64,000 nucleotides of DNA from Chiloscyllium plagiosum. Taxonomy: Eukaryota. Location of the stretch: positions 11,320,881-11,384,880 of the forward strand of contig NC_057746.1 of NCBI RefSeq assembly GCF_004010195.1. The letters run 5' to 3'. Shown here piece after piece: positions 13,600-26,919 of this stretch. Below the pieces are notes generated by a model, which saw only the letters and a list, made by a program, of their open reading frames with translations, was not told the DNA's origin and did no database searches. A program made the position numbers and the translations under genes. Positions within the stretch are counted from its first letter, which is position 1, and every line of letters starts with the position of its first letter.

Positions 13600-13680
13600 T
13601 CTTGAAAAACTCAACAGGTCTGGCACCCTCTATTAAGAGAAAATGTAGTTAATGTTTCATGTCGAGTAACTCTTAAGATA
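13600..13680 (-). repeat. Penelope-related tail repeat fragment
   Basis: gaaaaactcaacaggtctggca...gttaatgtttc, the reverse of the 2050-2150 tail type. Confidence 0.5.
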
Positions 13681-14499
13681 AGCCCAGCGCTGACTCATGG
13701 TGGTGACAGTGAAGAATGGCGACACTGAACCTATATCTTGCAAATGGATCATCCAAGATGGTGGCTCTCTGGCTGTGGCAGCTTGTAGCGAATGAATGGA
13801 CATTCTGGGTTGTTTCTCGGGCCCTGTCGATTCATGGCGGATGTGCGGGAGCAATCTGGTAATTTCCTTTACTTTTGGATTTTCTTTTTATTTCTGCTTC
13901 TCTTTTTATTTTCATCTTTTCGAAACTAATGTTGTGCCAGGGAATGTCGACTTTGTGTACTTTTCCAATGCTTCCACCTCCTTCCTATAATGTTGTGACC
14001 AGAACTGTACACAATACTCGAAGTGGGGCCACACCAGAGTTTTGTGCTGCTGCAACATGACCTCATGGCTCCGAAACTCAATACTTATACCAATAAAAGC
14101 TAACACATTGTACGTCTTCTAAACCTATCAACTTGGGCGGCAACTTTCAGTGATCTATGTACGTGGACGACGAGATCTTTCTGCTCATTGACACTAACAA
14201 GAACATAAACAATTATCCCAGTACTTTGTATTCCCGTTACCCCTTCCAAAGTGAACCATCTCGCAATTGTTCGCATTAAACTCCATTTGCCACCTCTCAG
14301 CTCAACTCTGCAGCTTATCTAAGTCCCTCTGTAACCCGTAACATCGTTCTGCACTGTCCACAATTCTGCAAGCTTTAATGTCATTTGCATATTTACTAAC
14401 CCATCCTTCTATGCCCTCATCCAGGTCATATATAAAAATTACAAACAGCAGTGGGCCCAAAACAGATCCTTGTGCTACACCACTACTAACTGAACTAAA

Positions 14500-14817
14500 T
14501 TAGGTTAGATTCCCTCCAATGTGGAAACAGGCCCTTTGGCCCAATCAGTCCACAATGATCCTTCGAAGAGTAACCCATCCAGACCCACTTCCCTTTGACT
14601 AATGCACCGAACACAATGGGCAATTTAGCATGGCCAATTCACCTGATCTGCACATCTTTGGACAGTGGGAGGAAGGCAGACGAACCAGAGGAAACGCACA
14701 CAGACACAGGGAGAATGTGCAAACTCCACACAGGCAGTCACCCGAGGATAGAATCTGAACCTGGGGCCCCGGAGCATTAGGCAGCAGTGCTAAACACTGA
14801 GCCACCGTGCCACCCCA
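14500..14817 (-). mobile_element. tRNA-derived V-SINE (HE1-like)
   Basis: Reverse complement starts GGGGTGGCACGGTGGCTCAGTG (A box); V-domain GTGTGGAGTTTGCACATTCTCCC; tail toward tctaacctaat. Confidence 0.9.
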
Positions 14818-15096
14818 TGAAGGATATTTCCCATCAGCCACTACCGGCTTGCTTCTTAATCCTGTTTCTGATCAAAACCGCAAATATCACCCTCAATCCC
14901 CTGCCTCCGTATTTTCTTCGATCACCTACTGTGGGGAACCTCATCAAATGCTTTACTGAAATCCATATACGTCTCACCAACTGCTTTACCCTCATCCACC
15001 TGTTTCGTCACCTTCTCAAAGAACGTCGTAAAGTTCCCTTTACTGAATTCTTTAAGGACGACCCATGACTATCTTTTATTAAATTATTCCTTCCTG

Positions 15097-15800
15097 GATG
15101 TAGGTTTGCTAGCTGAACTGGAAAGTTCATTTCCAGACGTTTTCTAATTGATTTCCAATGTAGTGTTTATTACAGTTCTTGCAATGTATTTTCTAAACGA
15201 CATTAGTTTTGCCTGTTGTCTGTATAGGGTATTTCAGGTTTAATTAGCTGCTGTTTTAGTGTGTCGGTTGGTTTGTGGGCAACCATGATGCCAAAGGGTC
15301 TGAGTAGTCTGGCAATCATTTCTGAGGTGTATTTTATGTCGGCGAGAGTGGCTAGGGTTTCTGGACGTGTTTTGTCTGCTTGCTTGTACCTGCATTGGAC
15401 AAAAAGGCAAAACAATAGCCACCAGGATACATGAACAACAACCAGCCACAATAGGATAAGCCAAACAAAGACATGCACGATAATTCCTGGAAGCATGGTA
15501 TTCCAACCGATACTCTGCCAACAAACACATCGAGTTAGACCACATCTACCACCCCCAAAGAAAAGAACAGGAAGAGACATCATTACAGGAAATAACATCA
15601 ACACAGGAAATGACAGCACCAAACCAAAGAAACCCAAACATATAAATAGAAAGCTGGAATTTTCAGCGGTGCTTCGCCTGAGGCCCAATGAAATTGATAC
15701 CTAAAGTAGGGTGATCAAACGTCTGGAAATGAACCTTCCAGCTCAGCAAGCAAACCTACATCCAAAACCTTAACCTGAGGTACAAATCTTCTCAAAACTA
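15097..15800. mobile_element. Penelope-like element with internal inversion (outward-facing pLTR ends)
   Basis: 15203-15395 minus strand encodes PETLATL..I...SEMIARLLRPFGIMVAHKPT; 15395-15800 is plus-strand GIY-YIG tail and pLTR; the left end is an inverted pLTR. Confidence 0.85.
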
Positions 15801-16710
15801 GCTTATCCCTTTCTAGATGATTATAAGTCCAGTCTTTTATAATCCATTCCAAACGTTGCCAAAAGCAGAAGTAAGGCTCACTGGTCTCCTCCCCTTCTTG
15901 AACACGGGGACAGCATTTAGTATCCTTCAGTCTTCCAGCACTATTTGTTTCCACAATGACGACATACAGATTAAAGCTAAAGGCTCTGCAATATCCGCCC
16001 CAGCTTCCCAGAGACTCCTAGGATAAATATAATCCGGCCCAGGGGACACATCCATTTACATACTTTCTAGAATTGCTAACACATCTTTCTGGCGAATTTC
16101 AGCCTTGTGTAGTTTAATAGCCTGCATCACAATATTCTCTTCAACTACATTGCCTTTTACTGATGAAAAATATCTATTTAGCACTTTTCCTATGTTTTTG
16201 GACACCATGCCCAACTTTCCACTACTGTTCTTGTTTGACACTAATCTTATAATTGACAACCTTTACCTCGTTTTAACCTTTTACTTCTGACAGAACTATG
16301 GAAAGCTTTCGGGTTTCCTTGATCCTACTTGCCAAAGACAACTCATATCCCTTCCTGGGTCTTCTTAGCTCTCTCTTATATCCTTCCTGGCTAACTTGTA
16401 ATTTTCAAGGGACCTAAATGAGCCTTCGTGTCTCACCTTTAGGTAAGCGTTCTTCTCCCTTTTGACAAGAGAATCAACTTCTTTAGTAAACTCCTTTTCC
16501 CTTGCTCGACCACTTCCTCCCTGCTAGAGCGGTCCACACTTTTCAAGGACACGCAGTAGGTATTCCTTCAACAAGCTCTGCATTTCCAATGTGCACATCC
16601 AGTCCAGTTTCCTTCCGCATTCTATGCATCGTAAATCGTGTCTAGTTGCGTCATAATTTCCTTCCCCACAGCTAATTCTTGCCCTATTGTATATACCTAT
16701 CTCTTTCCAT

Positions 16711-19700
16711 TAGAACATAGAACATAGAAACGTACAGCACAGAACAGGCCCTTAGGCCCACGATATTGTGCCGAGATTTTATCCTAATATAAAATATAGT
16801 AACTTAACTTATGCACTCCTCAACTCACTGCTATTCAAGTGCATTTCCAGCAGTCGGTGAAATGCCTTCAGTGACTTTGCTACCACCACATCAACTGGCA
16901 ACGCATTCCGTGCATTCACAACTCTATGTGTAAAGAACCTACCTCTGACGTCTCCTTTATATCTTCCTCCTAATATCTTCAAACTCTGGCTTCTCGTACC
17001 AGTCAATCCTGACCTGGGGAAAAGTCTCTGGCTATTGACTCTATCTATTCCTCTCATTATTTTGTACACCTCTATCAGGTCTCCTCTCTTCATCCTTCTC
17101 TCCAGAGAGAAAAAACTGAGCTTATTCAGCCTTTCTTCATACGGCAAGCCCTCCAGTACAGGCAGAATCCTGGTAAACCTTCTTTGCACCCTCTCCTAGA
17201 TTCCACATCTTTCCTATAGTAGGGCGTCCAGAACTGGACACAATATTCCAGGTGTGGTCTCACCAGAGACTTGGAAAACTGCAGCATAACCTCGCGGCTC
17301 TTAAACTCGATTCCCCTGTTAATGCTTTCCTAACAACCCTATCCACTTGAGTGGCAACTTCGAGGGATCTATGTACTTGCACACCCAGATCCCTCTGTTC
17401 CTGCATACTGCCAAGATTCCTGTCTTTAATCCTATATCCAGTATTCGAGTTCGAGCTTCCAAAATGCATCACTTCGCATTTATCTAGGTTTAACTCCATC
17501 TGCCATTTTTCAGCCCAACTCTGCATCCTGTCTATGTTGCGCTGCAGCCTGCAGTAGACCTCAATATTATAGACGACACCTTCAACCTTTGTGTCATTGG
17601 GACATTTATTAACCCAACCCTCAACATCCTCATCCAAGTCATTTATAAAAACTAGAAAGAGCAGAGGCCCACGAACAGAGATCTGCGGGACCCCAATTAA
17701 CACTGTCTTCCAGACAGAATACTTGCCTTCTGTCAGGCAGCCAATTCTGAAACCAGATAGCCAAATCTCCCTGAATCCCATACTTCCTGACTTTATGACT
17801 GACTCTACCACGGGGAACCCTATCAAATGCCTTGCTGATATCCATATATACCACATCCACTGCTCGATAGTCGTCGACATGTCTTGACACCTCCTCAAAT
17901 AACTCAATAAGATTTGTGAGGCATGACATGACCCACACAAAGCCATGCGGACTGCCTTTAATTACACTATGCTTTGCCAAATAGTCATAAATCTTATTGC
18001 TCATAATCATTTCCACAAATTTGCTGACCACAGACGTGAGACTGGCAGGTCTATAATTGCAGGGATTTCCCTATTACCCTTCTTTAAAAGGGGAACAACA
18101 TTTGCCTCCGGTACGACTCCGTGGAGAGTGAGGACGCAAATATCCTCGCCAGTGGCTCAGCAACCTACTTTCTGACTTCCCAGGGCAGCCTAGGATAAAT
18201 CTGCTCAGGCCCTGGTGACTTATCAATCTTAATGTTTTCCAAAATGTTCAGCACATCAGCTTCATCAATCTTGATCTGATCAAGACTGTATCCCAGCTCT
18301 TCTAAGTTCTCATTTACAACTTCCTGCAAGGTGAACCTCAGGACAGACAGCATCAAAAAGTGGCCTAGAAGAGGATGATAGCCATGTTTGGTACCCATAG
18401 GAAGGGCATCAATAGAGACCTTGCGTTCACGTCACATTTCAGGTGACCACCATTACACTATACGTACACAGACACTCCGACATACTCTCGCTCACACACA
18501 CACTCCAATACACACACATATACACGGACACACATATACACGCACACAGACATTCACACACACCCTTACAGACATACACACTCCCACACTCGTAAAAACA
18601 TCCTCTCAGAGACTTAGCCCACGCTACACTCACGCACACACATAAAGACTCTTTCTCACATACACTCACAACCCCGACCCCTGACACGCGCACACACTCC
18701 CACACTCACACAAGCAACCCCTCACAAACTTAAGACACTCTACACTCACTACACACACCATATACACTCTCTCACACACTTACAACCCTCAATCCAGACA
18801 GACAGACAGACACACACAGACAAAGTCCGACAAAGTCCCACATGCACACATATGTTTTGTGGGGTGAATCTGTACTTGCAGAGGTACGTTGCACTTTGCT
18901 CAAAAACTGCATGAATTCATGTAAATCTCTGAAACCGAAACCTGCATGAATTCATGTAAAACTCTGTTATCTCATTTTTTAGATTAGAATCAATCTAAAC
19001 ATCATGGCATAGGCAGAGAACACAGGGGGTTAACACCTTTAACACATTGTCTAGCTAAAACACATTGTTACAGCTAACCAGAGAATGCAAATTTTAAAAT
19101 AACGATCTCTGATTTACACATGAAAGAAGTGAAACTACTCTGGTATTCGAACAGATGAAAGATTTGACAGACAATCAAGATATTTTTCAATATATAATTT
19201 CAGTTACATCGCACTGTGAGTTTTTGCTATAACTTCCGTGCCTCAGAATTGTGTCCTCCACTATCACCTGGTGAATGAGCGGCGCTCCGAAACTTAGTGT
19301 GCTTCAAATTAAACCTGTTAGCTATAACCTGGTATTGTGTGGTTTTTAACCATTTACAACAAGTTCCCTTTCCTTGGTGAAAACCGAAGCAAAAAATTCA
19401 TTTATGGATTCCCCTATCTGCTCAGACACCACGCACACGTTCCCTCCGCTATCCCTGATAGGCTCTACCTTCTCCCTGATCATTCTCTGATTTCTCACAT
19501 ATGAGTAAAATGCGTTTGGGTTGTCCCTAATCCTTCTTGACAAGCTTCTGACGAGCCCCCTCCTGGCTGTCCAATTTTTCCATTTCTGTGCTCCTTTCGA
19601 GCAAGACTTTAATCGTCTAAAGCTGTGCTAGATCCTTGTTTCATCCACCTTACATAAGCTGCCTTCTTCCTTTTGACGAGAAGTTCTTCTGTTCTCGCCT

Positions 19701-21150
19701 TCCAAGGTTCCTTAATCTTACCTGTCTTAGTGGAACAAATTTGTGCATCACACGCAACAAGTGCTCCTTAAACCGTTTCCACGTGCCTTCTGTTCCCTTA
19801 CTATGGAACAATTGCTCCCTGTCTGTACATCCCAACTCCTGTCTGATAGCGGCATTATTCCCTTTATCCCAAGTAAATATCTTCTCTTGGTAACTGCACC
19901 TTTCAATCTCCAAGGCTATGAGGCAGTTGTGATCACTTTCACCAAAGTGCTTGCCCACCGCGAGACCTGACACCTGTCCTGGCTCTTTAGCGAGCACCAA
20001 ATCCAAAATGGCCTCTCCTCTCGTCCGTCTGTCTACATCCTGAGTAAGGAAACCCTCCTGAACACACCTGACAAAAACGGCTCCATCCAACTGCACTTAG
20101 GATGTTCCAGTCGACATTGGGAAAGTTTAAATCACCATCTGCCCGCCTATGAGAACTTCAATCTTTCTACTGCTGTGCGGTTGCCTGTAGAAAACCCCCA
20201 ATGCGATGGCTGTTGCCTTGCTTTTCCTAACTTCCACCAATACTGACTCAGTAGACAAACCTTCCTCAACAACCTTCGGTTCTGCAGTTGTGATGCACTC
20301 TCTGATTAGCAAAGCTACAATCCCTCCTCTTTTTCCACTCTCCCTGCGATTTTTAAACGTTCTAAACTCTGAAACATCAAGCAACCATCCCGACTCCTGT
20401 GAAACCCACGTGTCCATTATGGCCACAAATGTGTTGCCGCAAGTACTGATCCATGCTCTAAATTCGTCAATCTTATTCTGGACACTCTTTGCATTAAAGC
20501 AGACAGACTTTAACCGATCCCTTTGTTTCATTGCGTGAGAAACCTTCTTGATAGATTCAATATATTCTGTCACTGTCCTGTATGCAACTGACCCCCTCTC
20601 AGACATGTAGCTCCAATTCCCACCCCCCTGCCAAACCAGTATAAACATTCCAGAATCGCACGAGCAAATCTCCCACCCAAGGTTCCTTAATCTTACCTGT
20701 CTTAGTGGAACAAATTTGTACCCCTCCAGTTCAGGTGAAACCAGTCCTTCATGTACAGGTCCCACATTCCCCAGAAGGTATCCCAATGGTCTACGTATCT
20801 GAAGCACTCTTTCCTGCACCAGCCTCGCAGCATTCGCTGACTGTTCCTCATCTCACTATCTCGTGGCACCTGTCGCAAACCTGAGATCACTATTCTACTC
20901 GTCCTGCTCTTCAGCTTCCAACTAACTCTCTGTAGTCACTTTTCATTTCCTCCATCCCTTTCCTGGCTATATCATTGGTGTCAATATGTGCCACGATTTC
21001 TGGCTGCTCCCCCTCCCCCTTCAGAATCTTGTAAACCTGATCGGTGACATCCCGGACCCTGCCACCAGGGAGACAACATACCTCCGGGAGTCCCGTTCCT
21101 GACCACAAAATCGCCTGTCAATCTATCTAACTATTGGGACACATATCACT
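16711..21150 (-). mobile_element. Near-complete CR1 LINE (SGNH-esterase ORF1, APE endonuclease and RT), decayed
   Basis: ORF1 VCCLPGGRVRDV...PEIVAHIDTNDIARK (20911-21108); APE LKSVCFNAKSVQNKIDEFRAW (20127-20540); RT VPQISVRGPLLFLVFINDLDE (17260-17946); (TTCTATG)n tail at ~16711. Confidence 0.92.
18321..19350 (+). mobile_element. Penelope-like 3' fragment with CA-rich tract and hammerhead tail, 10-bp flanking duplication
   Basis: CATTTACAAC at 18311-18320 and 19351-19360; start resembles a PLE ORF C-terminus (..FGTH..G.NRDL.F.SH); CA-rich 18455-18850. Confidence 0.75.
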
Positions 21151-21442
21151 AGCGCTATTCTATTCCCCCCGCCCCCCCAACTTTCCTTCTGAGCCACAGT
21201 TCCAGGCTCAGTGGCAGAGACCTGAAAACTATTGCTAAAGTAATTGTAACCAACTTATGCTCACTATTTTGACGAAGCTGTTCCTTTAACAAGGTTATGC
21301 AATCCTTGGGGCTGAAGGATGTTAGTTTACAGCAGATTTGTTTACAGCTAACAGATGCTGCTGTCACAAAGCTAGTTCTGTTATTTTTCTAAAAGCTGTT
21401 CTTTGTCTCAAGGATACGCTATCCTTGATTTTTTTTCAGAGG

Positions 21443-21988
21443 TGTAATAAGCCAGGTCGGGCCCTGATCAGAAATGAAAAGAATTTTGCGAGGCTCTTTG
21501 CTTATACGTAAATAGATGAGACTTCAGTCCAAAGTGGTTATGTTTTAGAAGTGACCTGTATAACGAAAGGGGAGTGGAGGACTCTCAAGTTGTTCATTTT
21601 GGTTCAGTCTTGAACTGGTGAGGAGTTCAATAGTGAACAGTGTGGAAACCCTGTCTCTCTTTCTGCCCTTCAACTTCAACCTGTAAGCATATGTTCCAAT
21701 TGTACTGTTTTTTAAAGGGTGTTTCTTAATGGTTCTGTCATGCACATTCAGAACAACATACTTAAGTCTATTTTATATGGACTGAGTTCAGTAGGGGTTC
21801 TTTATTCTGTTCTGTGTTTCATTGCGCAATTGTGTGAATAAATCTTGGTCTGTTTTAAAGTCTAGTTGTCAACCTAGCTAAATTATTCCTGGTAACTTTC
21901 TCTGTACATCTACCTAAACAAATTGCAAAGTTATGGTCTGGACTGCCTGCTTAAGAATATTTTGAGTGGTCTGGCCTCGCCCACAGGA
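21443..21988 (+). mobile_element. Solo LTR (Gypsy-type)
   Basis: TGTAATAAG...GGTCTGGCCTCGCCCACA, AATAAA at ~21837; 3' end similar to the LTR ending at 22497. Confidence 0.6.
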
Positions 21989-22009
21989 CTGCCTCAGGCA
22001 GAAGGCTTT

Positions 22010-25000
22010 CAAGTTTAAAAACATAACTTGCATAATGAAACGCGAATGGCCCGTTTCCCAGCTCCACATTTCACTGATTTTGTTTCTTTTAGCAGTGGCA
22101 ATGTGGAAAACCTGCTGAAATTCAGATGCTCAGGCTGGTACGCTCTCTCCCTCTGTCTCTCTTCCTCTCTGTCTCCTATCCTGTAAGATCTTGCGTTTGA
22201 TTTTACCTTTTCTTCCAAAGGGTGTTTATGGGAATTGTTGCAAGTATTCTGGAAGAGCATCATGCAGTGGGTTGATCTGCTCGGTTTCGGATTAGAGAAG
22301 TATTTCAGTATCCTGTTTTCTGTTCTTTGTGTTTCTTCAGTAATCTTGTAAATAAATTACCATTTGTTTAAAGCTAAGTGGTTTGATAAACTGATTGTCT
22401 CATGGAATACTACTTTACACCTGCTTAAAACAATTGGCAAAGTGTAGTCGGGGCTAAATTCTTGAAAGAGTTTGAGAAGTCTGGCCTGGTCCATAACAGA
22501 TCAGAAGCTCTTTTCGGGATTTGATCTGGAATTCCAAATTGGGATGAGAGTTGTTGGACTCCAAGGCAGCAGGTGGTAGGATTAGTGTCTCTTATTGTGG
22601 GTGTTGGTTTTGGTTGGTGTAGAAAGCGCATGGGATGCTAATGGCTATTTTTGTGACTAAGAGCTTTCTAGGGTGTGGGTGGGATGAAGTGTCCTTGCAG
22701 GTTTTACGATAAAGTGGTTAAGGCCAAGCTGCAGGAATTAGCAGACAAGGTGGAGTTGGAACTGCCTCGTTCCGTGAGGAAAGGAGAGATAATTATGGGC
22801 GGCACGGTGGCACAGTGGTTAGCACTGCTGCATCGCAGCGCCAGAGACCCGGGTTCAATTCCCGACTCAGGCGACTGACTGTGTGGAGTTTGCACGTTCT
22901 CCCCGTGTCTGCGTGGGTTTCCTCCGGGTGCTCCGGTTTCCTCCCACAGTCCAAAGATGTGCAGGTTAGGTGAATTGGCCATACTAAATTGCCCATAGTG
23001 TTAGGTGAAGGGGTAAATGTAGGGGTAGGGGTATGGGTGGGTTTCGCTTCGGCGGGTCGGTGTGGACTTGTTGGGCCGAAGGGCCTGTTTCCACACTGTA
23101 ATCTAATCTAATAATTACAGCAGTAGCTCAGTATTTGAAATTGGTAGACACACCATCAGTATCTTAGCGGATGGCTAAAGTGCAATTGAAAATGAAGCAG
23201 CTTGAGTTAAAGGCAAAAGACAAGGAAAGAGCAATATAAATGAAATAGTTTCAATTAAGATTAAAAGCAGGAAAGAGGAAACTAGGGAAACCATGCGAAC
23301 TTCAGAAATTGTGATTTAGATGGAAACTCAGCTTAAAGTGATGGAGATGACAGCTGAAGATTAGATTGGTGAAGGCAGAGAATGAGGATGAGCAAACCCA
23401 TGTTAGTCAAAGGCCCGGTGGGAATATGTTTAAATACATTGAAGCAGTGCCTATATTTGATGAGTAGGATGTGGATGCCTTTTCATCTCATTTGACAAAG
23501 TGGCTAAAGAAATGTGGGTTTTTTTCTGATATAAATAATGCTTGTAGTTAGATCTTGTGAGGTTTTCGCATCACTATTGGATGAGGTATCTGGGGCATAT
23601 GAGGAGGTGAAGAAAACCATTTTAAGTGCATATAAACTTGTGCCAGAAGCTGATAGACCACGTTTCAGGAATTTAATCAGGGTGCCTGGTCAACACTACA
23701 TCGAGTGTGAAAGGATTAAAAAAGTAATTTTGATGGGTGGATGAAAGCATTAAAGATAGTGCAAACCTACGATGGTCTTATAGAGACAATTATTTTGGAG
23801 CTGCTAAAAAAAATCGCTCTCTGAGTAGTGAGAACTCATGCAGAAAAGCAGAATGTTAAACCTGCAACATTAGCCACTGAAACAACGAATGATTATTAGT
23901 GCGTCCATAAAGCGAAGTTTAGTTTCTCGAATCAGTTTCAATCTATGAGGGATAGAAGTCGAAGCAAAAGAAATCCTGACCTGGAAAGGGAAAGGTAGAT
24001 CTCTGTGGCGTATATAAGGATAACTTAGCACAGGGCAAAAAGTAAACCCTTGAATAGGACAGTGAAGTTATAAAAAAATGCTACTGAGTTTTCACTGCAA
24101 TAAAATAGGCCAAATGAAATCACAGTGTTGGTGGGTTGGGAGAAACACTGGGAAGCCAAATGTAGGAAACAGGATAAGGCAGTGAATTTTGTTGGAGTGC
24201 TGACAGAAAGAAGAGTGGAGGCCAGAAGGCTGCTCTCGAATATACAAGCCGGTAGGAGGTTAGTTAAGGAGGAAATTCCAGATCTTCTAATCCAACATAC
24301 GTGCTGAGGGAAAGTTTATTCGCATAGGCTAGAATCAGTAGGTAAAGAGGTTACAATAATAAGAGGCACAGGAGCCTCTCAATGTGCGATTCTGCAAGAT
24401 AAGGAGATATGTACTTCTGAAAAACTATTGCCAGAAGATAATAGTAATGGGAATTCACAGTGAGTGAAAAAGCGCTCAATTATCTAAAGTGAGGTTCGAC
24501 TGTCCAGTGCAGACTGGTTGGAGAACCAGACAAACTATCAGCTTCAGAACACAATTTGTCCTTATTAATGACATCGCTGATTCACCGGTCGAAGCGCTGC
24601 CTACTGTTGTTCAAAAGCCAGTGGAAACTCAGACGACTGAACTATTGCAAGAAACATATCCTCAGCGTTTTCGTGACTGCGTGGTAATGAGGTAACAAAT
24701 TCACTAGCTGAAACAGGAGAGATCAAGGACTACAAATAAGAACGTTGAAGTGGAATTAACAGAGACCCCGTTTGATTGGATGGTTGAGACAAACCATCAT
24801 CAGAGAGATAACAACGCTGACATATTTAGCTCAGATAAATTAATTGGGTTACAGCCGAAAGATGAAAACATAAAGCAGTTGCATCAAAGGGCATGCACAA
24901 GAAAGGGTACCAAATGTACCCCTGCAAATTATTCCCTTAAAGATGATGTCTTAATGAGGAAATGAAGACTATCACATATTCAGCCAGACCAAAAGTGGGC

Positions 25001-25900
25001 ATAAATTCATCAAATCATATTTCAGTGGGGTATAGGAAGAAGGAATTGTGTGTGGCGCATGAGCTGCTACTTGGGATGATTTAGGAGTGAGGAAAACACA
25101 GGCTAAACTAGCAAACCAAATTACTGCCCTGGACTGCACAACATTATGGTTGAATCTTGCTCGACGTGCCATACATGTCAGGTAATTGGGAAACTATAGG
25201 CAGTAATAAACCTGCACTTTTGATACTTATGCCTGCATTTGAGGAAACTATTACAAGAGTCTTAACTGATTGCGTAGGCCCCTACCTTAAACAAAAAGTG
25301 GAAATCAGTATTTCTTAACAATAATGGATGTATAGATTAGATTTCCAGAGGCTGTCCGATTACACAAAATCACAGCTAAAAGGACTGTAGAGGAATTGCT
25401 GAAAACCTACACTGGAGAAGAACAACTGACCGAGATACAATTAGATCAAGGGTTCAACTGAACATCCAAATTATTCAAGGATGCTATGGAAAGCTTAGGA
25501 ATAAAACAATTCAAATCTACTGCGTACCATTCAGAATCGCAGACAGTGATAGAACGGTGGCATTAGCCTTAAAGATCATCTTGAGGGCATTGGTCAGGAC
25601 TATCCAGCTGATTGGGATAAACTAATTCCATTTATGCTTTTTTTGATCAGAGATGCACCAAATGAATCGAATAAATCCATTTGATTTTTTTTGAGCAGGA
25701 AATGAGAGGACCGTTAAAATTGATTAAGGAGAAATTAGTAAATCAGAACTCAGAGACCACATGTTTGCAATATGTCTCAAATTTTAGGAATGATTAAATA
25801 GATTTGGGGAGTTGGGCAGAACAGCATTTAAACATATTACAGCATCTCATGAAAAAGGAAGAAAACAACTAATAAAATATTCGCAATTTTGCTATCAGGG
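22010..25900 (+). mobile_element. Gmr1-like Ty3/Gypsy element: partial 5' LTR, gag, protease, integrase; 3'-truncated
   Basis: LTR ends ...TGGCCTGGTCCATAACA (~22497); gag YEEVKKTILSAYKLVPEA.R.RFRNL; knuckle FHCNKIGQMKSQCW (~24090-24130); protease IIRGTGASQ (~24355-24383); integrase TCHTCQVIG, DCVGP, RFPEAV, DQG (25020-25900). Confidence 0.85.
22797..23110 (+). mobile_element. Young V-SINE (HE1-like) inserted in Gypsy gag
   Basis: GGGCGGCACGGTGGCACAGTGGTTAGC (A box), GGTTCAATTCC (B box), V-domain, (CTAAT)n tail; ATAATTA on both flanks. Confidence 0.95.
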
Positions 25901-26789
25901 GCATTTAAGTGAGATGACTTAGATGTTTTCTGTGAAATTTTGTTTTGACCATCTGTATACGTTTCTTCAGGGTCTGCAGATTTCATCAGTTTTGTCGCCG
26001 TCACAAATGTTCCATTTCAATTTTACATTATTGAGATATATCATGGTCGTATTTACAAGACTGTTTCCTCTATTGCAGCACAATATAATCTTCTCAAAGA
26101 AAACTTCTGAATGGAATTCCATCTTATTTCTACATTCAGGTACCACTCCTCCTATTCAGGGAAAATCTTACACTCTTGCCCCAGTATACTGATCTAATTC
26201 CTTTATGTTTTCCTTTATTAATTGAGGTCAGTTTTACTGTTTTCCTGAAGTGTTTTTCTCAGCATCTCCTATCCAGAAACATTCGACAGGTTTCGTCATC
26301 TAAATTCATTTATTTTCCTTACTAAGCCCTGTAATCTTGTAAAAACAAGGGAATATCCCACACTACTGTTAAGACAACGAGCACAATGTTTTGATTGAAT
26401 ATATGAAATGGGCATTTTGAGTAGAAAGAGCCATGAGGTTATTGAAACACAAGAATGGCATTTTAATAAATTGAGATCCGCCAGACTCCGAAATATATAA
26501 GTTCCATGACCTCAATGCATGAATGAGATCTGTTCCGAATTAGTAGCTGGGCAACACAGTCTTGGATGTGTTGCGTTCTGTGGATTTTTTTCAAGCGTTG
26601 CATTAGAATAGTAGTGTGTCTCAAATGGGGAAAGACAGAGGGCAAAAGCATAATAATATCGATTTGCCTGTTGCCAGACTTGGTGAACGAGATGATAAGG
26701 AGAGCAAGCGAGTACAGACGATACAAATAGTCCGTTTAATCCGCACATACAGCTCAGTAAGAATAATAGAATCTGACGAGGCATGGTGC

Positions 26790-26870
26790 TACAACAATCA
26801 AAAAAGGTCTGGTAGCATCTGAGCAGCAAGCGAGTTGACGTTTCAAGCACAACCCTTTTATCAGGATTAT
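26790..26870 (-). repeat. Penelope-related tail repeat with degenerate hammerhead
   Basis: Reverse complement tcCTGATAAaagggttgtgcttGAAAcGTCaa. Confidence 0.55.
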
Positions 26871-26919
26871 GGACTGTGGAAGATAGTTCCAAAACTCCAC
26901 CAAACTTTGGATATTGAAG

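Larger units (their letters stand above)
13915..16710 (-). mobile_element. CR1 LINE ORF2 remnant interrupted by a SINE and a Penelope element
   Basis: MLAFIGISIEFRSHEVMLQ..KTLVWPHFEYCVQFWS (13912-14106); NRYFSSV...VLAILE (16056-16259); colinear on both sides of the insertions. Confidence 0.85.

Noticed and set aside
18388-18705. His/Thr-rich and Cys/Val-rich ORFs
   Set aside because: Translation of a CA-rich low-complexity tract.
22797-22875. tRNA gene (A and B boxes)
   Set aside because: tRNA-derived SINE head continuing into the V-domain and (CTAAT)n tail.
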